64,000 bases of DNA from contig OZ244937.1 of the NCBI GenBank assembly GCA_965222075.1, positions 3,104,001-3,168,000 on the forward strand, written 5' to 3'. Each line of letters begins with the position of its first letter. Positions within the stretch are counted from its first letter, which is position 1. This DNA is from Candidatus Latescibacterota bacterium (GTDB taxonomy: Bacteria > Latescibacterota > UBA2968 > GCA-2709665). Under the pieces are notes generated by a model. The model ran no database searches. It was not told where the DNA came from and worked only from the letters and a program-made list of their open reading frames with translations. The position numbers and the translations under genes are program-made. Shown here piece after piece: positions 38,618 through 48,875 of the stretch.

Positions 38618-40447
38618 TTACCCGGCCGATGGCAGAACCCCCGGCAGGATCGCTTCCAGTTGCTTTAGGGGGTCTTCGAGGCTGCGGATGGCTTCGACCC
38701 AGAAGTCGGGGGCTTCGAGGTCGCGGCCGATGCTGTGGCGGGCCACGTTTTCGGCGGTGTCGCTGCCGGTGAGGCGGAGGAATGCCTCGTACCTGGGGAG
38801 AAAGTCCGGGCCCTCTTTCTGGAACATGGCGAAGAGCCCCCGGCTTAAGAGGAAGCCGAAGGTATAAGGGAAGTTGTAGAAGGTGAGGCCGGTGATGTAG
38901 AAGTGGAGCTTGGAGGCCCAGAAGTAAGGGTCTTCAGCGCCTTCCTGGAGGACGTCGCCGAAGATGCGCTGTTGGGTTTCAACCATCAGGTCCTTGAGGC
39001 GGCTGACGCTCAGTTCGCCGCTGGCCCGCTCACCGTAGAGGGCCTTTTCAAATTCGTAGCGCACGGGGATGTCCATCAGGAAAATGGCGCCGTGGCCGAT
39101 TTCCATGTCCAGGGTGAGGGCCTTTTGGGCGTCGCTGATGTCGGGATCTCCCAGGATGCCCTCCGTGAGGATCATTTCGCCAAAGGTAGAGGCCGATTCC
39201 GCCAGGGTCATCGGGTAGTCTTCCGCGTAGGGACGCAGGTCGCGCAGGACGTGGCTGTGGAAGGCATGGCCCGCTTCGTGGGCCAGGGTGCGCACGTCGC
39301 CCAGGGTGTTGTTGTAGGTCATAAAGATGCGGGACTCCCGGGTAAGCAGCGAGCCGGTGCAGAATCCCCCCGGGCGCTTGCCCGAACGGGGCTCCCAGTC
39401 GATCCAGTTCTGGTCGTACATACGTTGAGTGAACTCCCCAAGCGCCGGATAGGCCCGGGTGAAGGCGGTCTGTACAAGGGCTTTGCTCCGGTCCCAGGAG
39501 AGGGGCTTCTGGTCGGGGAGCGAGAGGGGCGCGCCCAGGTCGTACCAGGCGATGCGGTCGGCGCTTAGGGTTCTGGCCTTGAGACGGAGGATGCGCCGGG
39601 GGAGATCGAGTTCGGAAAAGATGGCTTCGAACATGGCGTCCAGGGTCTTCTGCGTGATGGCGGCCTGGAAAAGGGCGATTTCCAGGAAGTGGGGGACGTC
39701 CCGGCAGCGGTACAGGGTCAGGCGCGTGCCCGAGATGGCATTGATCGCGGCTGCGGCCACGTCTTCGACGGTCTGCCAGGCGGCGTTTCCGCCTTCAAAG
39801 GCCGCCCGGCGGACACGGCGGTTCGGGTTTTCCATGAGCGACCGGCGCTGTGAGATGGGGAGGCGCTCCCGGCGCCCGTCGGGATAGTCCATGTCGAATT
39901 CGAGCTTTCCGGAGAGGGTGTCGTAGAGGCGGCCCCAGGCATGGATGCCGTCCACGCCCAGATCGGCGGCCAGGGCCTCCCGGTCGGCATCCATCGTATA
40001 GCGCGCTTCCTGGCGCATCCGGCTGAGGAAGTACCCGGCACCCTCGAATGCCTTCCGGCCGGCGAAGGCCTCGAAGAGGTCGTCCGGGATTTCTTTGAGG
40101 GCCCGGAGCTGGTGGACGCCGAGTTTGGAGAATTCGGCCCACATCCGCGCCAGGGCGCCCTCTTCCCTGAGGTAGGCCTCGTTGCGCGCATCAGCGGCGG
40201 TGAGACACCCGGTGTAGGAACTGAGGTGCGAGAGACGGGTGAGGATGTCTTCGCTTTTGATGAAGACGGCTTCCCATTCGGCCTGGTTGCTCTCTTCTAA
40301 GGGCGCGAGGCTGCCTGCGGTTTCCAGGAGCACCCCGATGTCCTTTTGGAGGGCGTCTTTGAACTGCACCATTTCCGGCCCGTTAAATTCCGGGAAGTAG
40401 CTGGTGAGGTCCCAATTCATGACCTGGTCTGAGGGTGTTTCTGCCAT
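38618..40447 (-). CDS. M3B oligoendopeptidase (PepF-like)
   Basis: GKRPGGFC, TLAHEAGHAFH, LAESASTFGE, FYNFPYTFG. Confidence 0.92.
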   Translation of the reverse strand: MAETPSDQVMNWDLTSYFPEFNGPEMVQFKDALQKDIGVLLETAGSLAPLEESNQAEWEAVFIKSEDILTRLSHLSSYTGCLTAADARNEAYLREEGALARMWAEFSKLGVHQLRALKEIPDDLFEAFAGRKAFEGAGYFLSRMRQEARYTMDADREALAADLGVDGIHAWGRLYDTLSGKLEFDMDYPDGRRERLPISQRRSLMENPNRRVRRAAFEGGNAAWQTVEDVAAAAINAISGTRLTLYRCRDVPHFLEIALFQAAITQKTLDAMFEAIFSELDLPRRILRLKARTLSADRIAWYDLGAPLSLPDQKPLSWDRSKALVQTAFTRAYPALGEFTQRMYDQNWIDWEPRSGKRPGGFCTGSLLTRESRIFMTYNNTLGDVRTLAHEAGHAFHSHVLRDLRPYAEDYPMTLAESASTFGEMILTEGILGDPDISDAQKALTLDMEIGHGAIFLMDIPVRYEFEKALYGERASGELSVSRLKDLMVETQQRIFGDVLQEGAEDPYFWASKLHFYITGLTFYNFPYTFGFLLSRGLFAMFQKEGPDFLPRYEAFLRLTGSDTAENVARHSIGRDLEAPDFWVEAIRSLEDPLKQLEAILPGVLPSAG

Positions 40448-40550
40448 TTGTCTCTCCCTTTGGGTGCAGCGGAAATCTCGCTGCCGCACTGTTTACATTT
40501 GACCTGCATGCTTCCTTTATGTGCCCTCTCCTGTGCTCCTTCCAGGCCGT

Positions 40551-41045
40551 TTACACATGTTTCTTAGGATAATCGAAAAAGACAACAGTTCCCCCCCCTT
40601 CCGAGATCTCTTTCCAGGAATCGATATCGAAGTCGATACAAAAGATACCGCAGGTGGGGATGTTTTCGACCCGGTAGTGGGTCAGGTGTTCCACCAGCAT
40701 GGTAATTCCGGGGTTGTGCCCGTACATCATCACGTGGTGAACGGCGTCGTCGATATTGCGGATCACGTCGAGCAGATCGGATATCCCCGCCGCATAGATG
40801 GACGCGTCGGCAACGATTTTTTTTACCGGAAAGTCGAGTTCCTTCGCGATGATTTCGGCAGTTTTCAAGGCCCTTTTTGCGGGGCTGGAGATCATGAGAT
40901 CTGGCTTGGATTCGTGTTTTTTCAGGCGCTTTCCCATAAACGGGGCGTCTCTTTTCCCGCGTTTGTTCAATGGTCTCTCGAAGTCGGTCAGCTCCGGATG
41001 CTTCCAGCTGGATTTTGCATGTCGGATTAGATACAGCCGTTTCAT
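40551..41045 (-). CDS. sixA: phosphohistidine phosphatase SixA family
   Basis: LIRHAKS, RPLNKRG, SSPAKRA, GHNPG. Confidence 0.88.
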   Translation of the reverse strand: MKRLYLIRHAKSSWKHPELTDFERPLNKRGKRDAPFMGKRLKKHESKPDLMISSPAKRALKTAEIIAKELDFPVKKIVADASIYAAGISDLLDVIRNIDDAVHHVMMYGHNPGITMLVEHLTHYRVENIPTCGIFCIDFDIDSWKEISEGGGTVVFFDYPKKHV

Positions 41046-41128
41046 CTGTTATCCGTCCTTTCGCCTGCTACCGGGTGTGTCTGAAAAATTTTCGGAATTC
41101 GGCCCTGCGTAAAGCCCGAACAGCGATG

Positions 41129-41188
41129 CCCCGGGTACAATCAGGCGCAGAGCCCGTACGCCTGCTGCCCCTTCGATCACGGGTGTGG
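41129..41188 (-). repeat. copy B of a dispersed structured non-coding element (homolog at 7478-7536)
   Basis: Outer stem AUGCCUCUGGGU/ACCCGGGGCAU and inner hairpin CAGGCGUA/UGCGCCUG. Lies in the sixA 5' region. Confidence 0.6.
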
Positions 41189-41256
41189 AAGACCCAGAGG
41201 CATTGGCCGGGGGCTGTAGAATATATAGGCGGAAGGGGGCTGGGACCCCGCATGAT

Positions 41257-43104
41257 TTACCAGCCCAGCGCATATCCGATCTGCCCCCTGGGCGAGACCC
41301 CACCCGAGATCACGCCGCTTTCCCGGTTGTAGTGGATGCCCATCGCCTTCCCCACCGCCCAATCGCCTGTCAGCATAACTTCGTGTCCGCGCCGCTCCAA
41401 CTCTGCGATCACCTCACGCGGCACCCGCCCCTCCGCCACCATCCGTCCCGGAAAGGATGCACGGGGGTGGAAGGAGGAGGAAAAGTGGGCCGAGGAGGAG
41501 ACAGCCGGCCCGTAAAAGGAGGAGGGGAAGTGGGCCGAGTAGACCGTCGGCGCGTCCAGGGCCTCCTGCACGTTCATCCCGAAGATGGCATAATTCAGGA
41601 AAAACTGCAGCGTGATCTGGTCCTGTGTATCGCCCCCCGGCGTCCCAAACGCCATAAACGGCTCGCCGTTTCGGGTGACCAGCGACGGCGTCAGCGTCGT
41701 CCGGGGCCGCTTGCGCGGCTCAAGCGCATTGGGACGCTCCGGGTTCAGGTAGAATATCTGCCCCCGGCTGCCCAGGGGAAACCCCAGCCCCTTGATCACC
41801 GGAGAAGAGCCCAGCCACCCACCGCTGGGGGTGGCCGCCACCATATTCCCCTCTGCATCCACCGCATTCAGGTGGGTCGTATCGCTCGTATGGGCATGGC
41901 CCGCCCCCAGGTCCTGCACCTGCCGGGCATCCACGTGCAGCGCCTGGCGGTTGTCCTCGGCCACATCTGCCATGGCATAGCCCGGCATCCCGTTGCCCAC
42001 ATCCCCCGGCCGCATCTCCAACGACGCCTCCTGCCCGACGAGGCCGCGCCGATCTGCATTGTACGCCTCGGAAAGCAACACGTCGAAGGGCACCCGGTCG
42101 AACGCCGGATCGCCGTAATACGCCTCCCGGTCGGCAAAGGCCAGCTTGGCGCACTCGATCACCGTATGGAGGTAATCCGCTGAGTTGTGCCCCATCCCCT
42201 TGAGATCGAACCCCTTCAGGAGGGCCAGTTGCTGAAGGAAGACCGGCCCCTGCGTCCAGGACGAACACTTGTGCACCTCAAGCCCCTCGAAGGTGTAGGA
42301 GACCGGCTCCTCCACCTCCGCATGCCACCCTGCCATATCCTCGCAGGAAAGCAGACCGGTGTGGGCCCTGCCGCTGGCATCTTCAACCGGGTTCTGTGTG
42401 ATGAACGCAACAATCCGCTCGGCAATCTCACCCTTGTAAAAGACATCCCGGGCCGCCTCAATCCCTGCCACACGCCCCTTTTTCCTCGCCTCCGCCTCTG
42501 CGCGGCACACCCTCCGGAGCACACCGGCCCAGTCCGGATTCCGAATCACCTCACCCACCTCCGGGACGCGTCCTCCAGGACAGTAGACCTCACCGGTGGT
42601 CGGGTAACGCTCGGTAAACTGCTTCAAGCTCCCCTTCAGGCTCTCGTGCAGTCCCTCGTAGACCGGAAACCCCTGCTCGGCCAGCTCGATGGCAGGCTGG
42701 AGAATCTCAGCAAACGATTTGGAACCAAAGCGGGCCACGGCCGTCGCCCAGGTGTCCACCACCGCCGGCACGCAGGCCGGCAGGTACCCGTCTCCCGGAA
42801 TCAGATCGATGCCCTGCTCCCGACACCACGCGATCGTAAAGGCCGCAGGAGAACACCCCATCCCGCTGACGGCATACGCCTTCTGCTCCTTTCCCGAATA
42901 GATCAGCGCAGGCACCTCCCCCCCGATGCCGTTGCTTTGAGGCTCCAGCAGGTTCAGACAGAAACACATCGCCGCGGCCGCATCGACCGCGTTGCCCCCC
43001 TGCTCCATGATTCGAAAGCCGGCGGCCGTGGCCAGATAGTGTCCCGAAGTGACAACGCCCCGCCGGCCCATGATAACGGGACGGGTGGTGAATGTTGACA
43101 TCAT
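41257..43104 (-). CDS. ggt: gamma-glutamyltransferase family protein
   Basis: GGNAVDAA, NGIGGE, KLAFADREAYYGDP, DTTHLNAVD (Thr nucleophile), GTPGGD. Confidence 0.9.
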   Translation of the reverse strand: MMSTFTTRPVIMGRRGVVTSGHYLATAAGFRIMEQGGNAVDAAAAMCFCLNLLEPQSNGIGGEVPALIYSGKEQKAYAVSGMGCSPAAFTIAWCREQGIDLIPGDGYLPACVPAVVDTWATAVARFGSKSFAEILQPAIELAEQGFPVYEGLHESLKGSLKQFTERYPTTGEVYCPGGRVPEVGEVIRNPDWAGVLRRVCRAEAEARKKGRVAGIEAARDVFYKGEIAERIVAFITQNPVEDASGRAHTGLLSCEDMAGWHAEVEEPVSYTFEGLEVHKCSSWTQGPVFLQQLALLKGFDLKGMGHNSADYLHTVIECAKLAFADREAYYGDPAFDRVPFDVLLSEAYNADRRGLVGQEASLEMRPGDVGNGMPGYAMADVAEDNRQALHVDARQVQDLGAGHAHTSDTTHLNAVDAEGNMVAATPSGGWLGSSPVIKGLGFPLGSRGQIFYLNPERPNALEPRKRPRTTLTPSLVTRNGEPFMAFGTPGGDTQDQITLQFFLNYAIFGMNVQEALDAPTVYSAHFPSSFYGPAVSSSAHFSSSFHPRASFPGRMVAEGRVPREVIAELERRGHEVMLTGDWAVGKAMGIHYNRESGVISGGVSPRGQIGYALGW

Positions 43105-43120
43105 ACATCTCCTTCATCCA

Positions 43121-43462
43121 TCAGGTTAGCAGGGCTATCACTGCTTCGCGCTCCGCAACCTCAACGATGAGTTGTGCGTATTTCTCTTGCTCCAGGTCGA
43201 TGACGACGGCCTTATTCGGATTTGACACATCCCAAAACAGCCATTTTCCGTCGCGATAGAATGTCCCCGCGGTTATCACCCCCGGCAGCCATGTTCCCAG
43301 AAGCCTAATTCCCTTCCACCATCGCCTTACGACCTTATCGTCAATACGCGCACCCAGGATGTGCGCTCGTGGTATGTCGAGCCGCCCCTTGAACGCCCAC
43401 AGCTTGTGGAGCCCCACGACCTCGAAAAGAACACGGTTGGATTCTTGTGTAACCGCTACCAT
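43121..43462 (-). CDS. small hypothetical protein (PH-like beta fold)
   Basis: GLHKLWAFK, GTWLPGVITAGTFY, FWDV pattern; GAGG RBS. Confidence 0.7.
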   Translation of the reverse strand: MVAVTQESNRVLFEVVGLHKLWAFKGRLDIPRAHILGARIDDKVVRRWWKGIRLLGTWLPGVITAGTFYRDGKWLFWDVSNPNKAVVIDLEQEKYAQLIVEVAEREAVIALLT

Positions 43463-43614
43463 ATCAACCTCATTCGATTCGGAGTCTCGGATGATTGCTT
43501 CCGGATGAGCATCCGCTCCGGAAAATGGGTCGGTGCTGACGCCGTGTAGCGTCCTGCTTTGGCGACAGAAGCGCCGCGACCCTTGTCAGGTTCCGCAAAG
43601 TTTCCAGTTTTTCT

Positions 43615-44580
43615 TTAAGGTACGCGCATAAGCGCTCTTATCGCTTCGACGATGTCTTCCTTTTGTGGAATGCAGGCGTCCTCCAGGGGCGCGCTGTAGG
43701 GCATCGGGGTGTTCAATCCGCCGAGGACTTTCGCGGGGGCCCGGAAGTGTTCAAAACCCTGTTCGACGACCTGGCGGACGATCTCGGCGCCCATCCCGCC
43801 CCGGGAGGGCGCGTCGTGGACCACAAGGAGGCGGCCTGTTTTCTGGACGGACTGCACGATGGTTTCAACGTCTAAGGGGACCAGGGTTCGCGGGTCGACG
43901 ACCTCAACGTCGATCTCGTTGTCGAGGTCATCGGCTGCTTCCAGCGCTTTGTGGACGGCGAAGGAGGTGGCGACGACGGTGATGTCGCCACCCTCCCGCT
44001 TGACGTCGGCCTGGCCCAGGGGGACGAGCCACTCGCCGTCGGGCACCGGCTGTGCGATGGAGCGCACCAGGCGGTGTTCGATGTAGACGACGGGGCCGTC
44101 CTCCCGGATGCTGGATTTCATCAGGCCTTTTGCATCGGCAGGAGTTGAGGGCATAACGACTTTCAGGCCGGGGGTGTGGACAAACCAGCTCTCTAAGCTC
44201 TGGCTGTGATGGCCGGCCTCTCTGGTGCCGCCACCGCCCGGGGTGCGGATAACCATGGGCACCTTGATCTGGCCGCCCGACATGAGGTGAATTTTTGCGG
44301 CCTGGTTGACGATTGGGTCCATGCATACGGTGACGAAATCGCAGTACATGATGACCGCCACCGGGCGTAACCCGGACATCGCTGCGCCGACTGCGATCCC
44401 TGTGAAGCCGGATTCCGAGATCGGGGTCTGCCAGATCCGCCTTTCGCGGAACTGGTCCCAAAGGTTTTTCCGGTCTCTGACGGGACCGATGTCCTCCCCG
44501 ATGGAGAAGACGGTTTCGTCCCGGGCCATTTCTTCCCGGAGGGCCTCGCTTACTGCATCGCCGTAGGTCAATTCGCGCAT
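43615..44580 (-). CDS. 2-oxoacid/acetoin dehydrogenase E1 beta subunit
   Basis: GEDI, TPISESGFTG, HHSQSLE, DPRTLVPLD. Confidence 0.92.
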   Translation of the reverse strand: MRELTYGDAVSEALREEMARDETVFSIGEDIGPVRDRKNLWDQFRERRIWQTPISESGFTGIAVGAAMSGLRPVAVIMYCDFVTVCMDPIVNQAAKIHLMSGGQIKVPMVIRTPGGGGTREAGHHSQSLESWFVHTPGLKVVMPSTPADAKGLMKSSIREDGPVVYIEHRLVRSIAQPVPDGEWLVPLGQADVKREGGDITVVATSFAVHKALEAADDLDNEIDVEVVDPRTLVPLDVETIVQSVQKTGRLLVVHDAPSRGGMGAEIVRQVVEQGFEHFRAPAKVLGGLNTPMPYSAPLEDACIPQKEDIVEAIRALMRVP

Positions 44581-44627
44581 GGTTTTTTCTCGCTGTTTGT
44601 GCGGTTCCCCGCAGGGGTAGCCCTGCC

Positions 44628-45632
44628 TTACAATGCCACGCCAGGCGTTATCGGCAGGTCACGGAATTCGGGGAATGCGCTTTGCTTGCCAAAGGCTTCG
44701 GCTTCTGCGACTTCTGCGATCACTTCCTCTTTCATGGCTTCCTGTTCGTGGGAAGCCATGTGTCCGTCGTCGATGAGCTTTTTTTCGAACATTGTGATGG
44801 GGTCACGCTTCAACCAGGCAATGAGCTCTTCAGGGTTGTTGTGCGCTTTTCCCTGGGCGGTGTGCGCGCCAAAGCGGTAGGTTTTGCTCTCGATCAACGT
44901 GGCGCCGTCGCCCGCCCGGGCACGGGCCGCGGCTTCGGAGACAGTGTCGTAAACGGCGAGCACGTCCTGGCCGTCTACGGCTTTGCCCGGGATGCCGTAA
45001 GCGGACGCCCTGTGGGCGATGTCCGGTATGGAGAGGGTGATGGTCGAAGGGGTCGAGGCGGCGTAGAGGTTGTTCTCACACAGGAAGATGGCGGGGAGGT
45101 TCCAGAGGGCCGCCATGTTCAGGGTTTCGTGGAAAGTACCCTGGTTGGCGGCACCTTCGCTGAAAAAGGCCACGGCGACCTGTTTCGTGCCCCGGTAGAG
45201 GGCGGAGAAGGCCGCGCCCGCGGCGAGGGGGATCTGGCCGCCGACGATGCCGTTGCCGCCCAGCAGCCCAAGTTCGGCGCTGAAGAGGTGCATGGAGCCG
45301 CCGCACCCGCCGCAGTAACCGGTCTTCCGGCCCATCAGTTCCGCCATCATCGGCTTCAGGTCCGCGCCCTTTGCAATGGCGTGGCCGTGCCCGCGGTGGG
45401 TGCTGGTGACGTAGTCGTCCTCTTCCAGGGCCGCACAGGTGCCCACCGAGGTCGCCTCCTGCCCGATGGAGAGGTGCAGGGCGCCTTCGATGACGCCTTT
45501 GCTTCGGGCGGTGTCCAGGTCGTCCTTCTGGAGCCGGTACTGGTAGTCGTAGAGGGTTCGAACCTTTTCCTCGAAGTAGCGGATGCGATACATGAGGCGG
45601 AGCATTTGGGTGAGCTTTTCTGGATCGGGCAT
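44628..45632 (-). CDS. 2-oxoacid/acetoin dehydrogenase E1 alpha subunit
   Basis: HLSIGQEA, STHRGHGH, GGSMH, NGIVGG, variant ThDP motif SEGA...ENN. Confidence 0.92.
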   Translation of the reverse strand: MPDPEKLTQMLRLMYRIRYFEEKVRTLYDYQYRLQKDDLDTARSKGVIEGALHLSIGQEATSVGTCAALEEDDYVTSTHRGHGHAIAKGADLKPMMAELMGRKTGYCGGCGGSMHLFSAELGLLGGNGIVGGQIPLAAGAAFSALYRGTKQVAVAFFSEGAANQGTFHETLNMAALWNLPAIFLCENNLYAASTPSTITLSIPDIAHRASAYGIPGKAVDGQDVLAVYDTVSEAAARARAGDGATLIESKTYRFGAHTAQGKAHNNPEELIAWLKRDPITMFEKKLIDDGHMASHEQEAMKEEVIAEVAEAEAFGKQSAFPEFRDLPITPGVAL

Positions 45633-45741
45633 GGGATGTATTCTCCTTACCTGGTGACTTTAACTCTCCAAGCTGCGAGCTTCGGAATCTGAATAGAAAC
45701 TGCGTCCTGGTATGATTTTAATGGATACGGACGCCTGCGTT

Positions 45742-46578
45742 TTACTCCAATGCCCTGAAAAAATCCCGGAACCGTACCGTTTCAGAAAGGGTATCACACT
45801 CGTTGCAGTGCTCCCAGTCGATCCATATATACTCGATCCCGATCCACCCGCAGTATCCGCTGGCCTTCAGGGTTTTGAACGCCCGCCTGTAATCAATCAT
45901 ATTGCGGTCAAACGACGTCTGCAATCGGCCCCTTCGGGCGCCGCGAACATGAAAATGGCTGGCATATTTCACAAGCGGCTCCACCGCCAGGTCCGGCAGC
46001 CCCAGCCGTGTAAAATGTGTATAATCCAGCGTCAATGTCAACCCGGGAACGGCCTGCACAAGCCGCTCCGTTGACTTCGGGCGGGGTACCAGAGACCCCA
46101 CATGGGCCTCAATACCAAATACAATATCGCACGCACCGGCCTGCGCCACTCGCCAGTTCAACTCATCCACCGCCCGGGCAAACGAATCCGAACGCGGCTC
46201 TCCCTCAACATGTACACCCGGCAGTGTGGTCACATGGTTACACCCGCACTCGGCGGCATATTCCAGTGTCTTCAAAAACCACTCCCGTGCCTTGCGCCGC
46301 CGGGATCTCTGCGGATGGTTGATTGCATACGGCTTGAAATCCATTGCCATTTGCAAAAACACATCCGCCGGTTGGAGACTCAGATCGTCCAGCTTTTTTT
46401 TTAACCGCCGAGCGGACCGCCGCACATTCTGAAATTCCCGTGACGGCCACAGGTGCGACCGCTCCTCGAACAGACCGATATCCACCCCCTCGAACCCCAG
46501 CATCGACACAAGCTGAAGCGACCCATCGTGTGGCAGCAGAGGAAACGTAAAATCGGCACATGCGAGCCTGGCTTTCAT
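45742..46578 (-). CDS. sugar phosphate isomerase/epimerase (TIM barrel)
   Basis: GIEAH, LDYTH, HFHVR, GIEY. ATGA coupling to the upstream SDR. Confidence 0.85.
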   Translation of the reverse strand: MKARLACADFTFPLLPHDGSLQLVSMLGFEGVDIGLFEERSHLWPSREFQNVRRSARRLKKKLDDLSLQPADVFLQMAMDFKPYAINHPQRSRRRKAREWFLKTLEYAAECGCNHVTTLPGVHVEGEPRSDSFARAVDELNWRVAQAGACDIVFGIEAHVGSLVPRPKSTERLVQAVPGLTLTLDYTHFTRLGLPDLAVEPLVKYASHFHVRGARRGRLQTSFDRNMIDYRRAFKTLKASGYCGWIGIEYIWIDWEHCNECDTLSETVRFRDFFRALE

Positions 46579-47384
46579 AGCTCCTCCGCAAACCGTGTTG
46601 GCCCCGAAGTCGCCCACTCCGCAGCCGTCATATACCCCCCATCAACCACCAGCGACGTGCCCGTAATCCCCGCGGAATCCTCACAGCAAAAATAAAGCGC
46701 CGCCCGGGCGATATCTGCCGGCATAAGCGCGACTCCCATCGGCACGCGGCGCAGGCGCTCGGCCAGTGTAGCCTCCGGGTCGGCTGTTGTATTCAGGTGA
46801 AACCGTAACATCGGCGTATCCGTAATGCCCGGACAGATGCAATTGCAGCGCAGCCCATCCACAGCATAATCCAGCGCAATAGACCGGCTCAACCCCAGCA
46901 CCGCATGCTTTGACGTCGTATAAGCCGGCGTGCCGGCCTGCCCGATGAAACTGCCCACCGATCCGATATTCACCATATAACTGCGTTTCTGTTTTCGCAG
47001 ATGCGCAATCCCATGTTTGACCGAGAAGAAAATCGACTTGAGATTCACCCCCATCAACCGGTCCCACTCCTGCTCGGAATACGCGTGCAGCGGCGCCACA
47101 TGCACAATGCCGGCGCAATTCACAATGGCCTGTAAGGCGCCAAAATGTACTGCTGTTGCTTCAATAGATTCCCGCACCTGGTCTTCCTGCGCCACATCAC
47201 ACGCCAGAAAAACCGCCTCACCGCCCTGGTCGGTTATGCGGCCCACCACCTGCCGGCCGCGCTCGACCTGAACATCCACAACCGCAACCCGTCCGCCCTC
47301 GGCGGCAAACAGTTCGGCCGAGGCTTCTCCCATGCCAGACGCTGCGCCGCTGATCCAGACCACCTGCCCTTGCAATCGGCCCAT
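46575..47384 (-). CDS. short-chain dehydrogenase/reductase
   Basis: SGAASGMG, NCAG, YTTSK, NCICPG, VDGG. Confidence 0.92.
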   Translation of the reverse strand: MGRLQGQVVWISGAASGMGEASAELFAAEGGRVAVVDVQVERGRQVVGRITDQGGEAVFLACDVAQEDQVRESIEATAVHFGALQAIVNCAGIVHVAPLHAYSEQEWDRLMGVNLKSIFFSVKHGIAHLRKQKRSYMVNIGSVGSFIGQAGTPAYTTSKHAVLGLSRSIALDYAVDGLRCNCICPGITDTPMLRFHLNTTADPEATLAERLRRVPMGVALMPADIARAALYFCCEDSAGITGTSLVVDGGYMTAAEWATSGPTRFAEEL

Positions 47385-47388
47385 AATT

Positions 47389-48858
47389 TTACTCCGTCTT
47401 TCTGATCCGTACAACAAGATCGTGCTGAAAGGCCGGTACGTCCACACGCTGCTGCTTACCCCCCTCAACCCGAACCGCCGGAGAAGAGACGCCGCCCACA
47501 GGTGAAAAACACAACACCTCAAAATGGCCCGGTAGCAAATCAAACCGGAGCGCCCCACAGATCGGCTCGCCGCATCCCTGCTCCTCCCGCTCCCGGCCAT
47601 CGGCCAGGTAAATACAATAATCCTCACCTTCAACCCCAAACACCGCTACAACCGCATGCTCCGGCTGCTCCTGAACCCAGCCTGTGATCGGCCGTGCATT
47701 TACCAGATCGATTGAATGCATAAACCCCGCCAGATGCCCCATCCATTTCCGGATGCCTTTCCGGGATGCCGGTGTGCCCGCCTCAAGATACGGCACAATA
47801 GAAAAATCGATCATATCGTAATGCGCCCCGGAAAACAGCGACATCCAGGCCCGCTTGCGATGCACCGTCCAGCCCTCAACTTCCTTGTACTGCGTGGCCA
47901 CATTATCCTCATCGTAATTCAGCGGTTTGGGCCGTTTGTAGGTCTCCAGCGCAAAATCACGCAGTGCCCGCAACTTGAGCTGCCTGGACATGAACTCACC
48001 CATATCGTAACTTTGGCCTTCACATATCGTATTCGGCAACGGATGAATATTCACAACATCAAAATCCATGTGATCAAACGAACCGTCGCAGGGCTGGTCA
48101 AACGGCCGGATCATCATTGCCTCCTGCCCGGCGATCAAATGCCGGTTCGGCATCTCCTTTTCCAGATCGCGGATCAACCTGATAAACTGAGCTTGCCAGG
48201 CATTTACTTCCTCTGCACCCGGCAGATCCTCATCTCCTCCGGAGAAATGGCACGGCTCGTTGCAAATCTCGTAGATCACATTCCCATAACCGTTGGTCTG
48301 CTCCACAATGCGCTGTGCATGCGCCCGCTGCCACCTGAGCAGCTGCTCGTGCCGGCATGTCATATAATCCTGCCACCGGAACGGAGGGGACTCCATCGTA
48401 ATATTATTGGCCGGATTCAACGGATTGAGCGCCCAGACCTCATCCTTGTACGTATTGCTGAAAAGCACCACCTCTACAACAATTCCGTACTCCTCTGCAA
48501 CAGACAAAAACCTGTGCAACCGGTCGAAAAATTCCGTATTCCATTGCGCCAGATCGTACCGGGGCTGCCCGTCCAGCGCAGTGCCGGGCCCTGTCCTCTG
48601 GAACGGCGCAATATAATCGGGCGACTCCGGTTTGCAGGTCGAATACGGATTCACCGGCGTCTGCAACTCCCTGAACAACGTAAACAACCGCGTCAGCGTC
48701 TGGCCTCTTTCGGCGGCATCAGCCAGGTAGCGTTCAAACCGAAATGGCCGGTTCATCACCGCCCCGTAATGCTCGGTAGCACACACCAGCACCGTCGGCT
48801 TACCGCGATACTCAAAAATCTTCTTATTCTCCGGATGAATACGGATAACCTCAGACAT
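47389..48858 (-). CDS. GH5-like (clan GH-A) glycoside hydrolase-related protein
   Basis: FFDRLHRF, VIYEICNEP acid/base motif, KPLNYDE, C-terminal beta domain. Confidence 0.65.
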   Translation of the reverse strand: MSEVIRIHPENKKIFEYRGKPTVLVCATEHYGAVMNRPFRFERYLADAAERGQTLTRLFTLFRELQTPVNPYSTCKPESPDYIAPFQRTGPGTALDGQPRYDLAQWNTEFFDRLHRFLSVAEEYGIVVEVVLFSNTYKDEVWALNPLNPANNITMESPPFRWQDYMTCRHEQLLRWQRAHAQRIVEQTNGYGNVIYEICNEPCHFSGGDEDLPGAEEVNAWQAQFIRLIRDLEKEMPNRHLIAGQEAMMIRPFDQPCDGSFDHMDFDVVNIHPLPNTICEGQSYDMGEFMSRQLKLRALRDFALETYKRPKPLNYDEDNVATQYKEVEGWTVHRKRAWMSLFSGAHYDMIDFSIVPYLEAGTPASRKGIRKWMGHLAGFMHSIDLVNARPITGWVQEQPEHAVVAVFGVEGEDYCIYLADGREREEQGCGEPICGALRFDLLPGHFEVLCFSPVGGVSSPAVRVEGGKQQRVDVPAFQHDLVVRIRKTE

Positions 48859-48875
48859 ATCTCCCGATCGTCTTT

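Noticed and set aside
41150-41195. GAAGGGGCAGC resembling SRP RNA helix 8
   Set aside because: Lacks the CAGG-N-CC-GNRA arrangement, and a diverged second copy exists at 7.5 kb.
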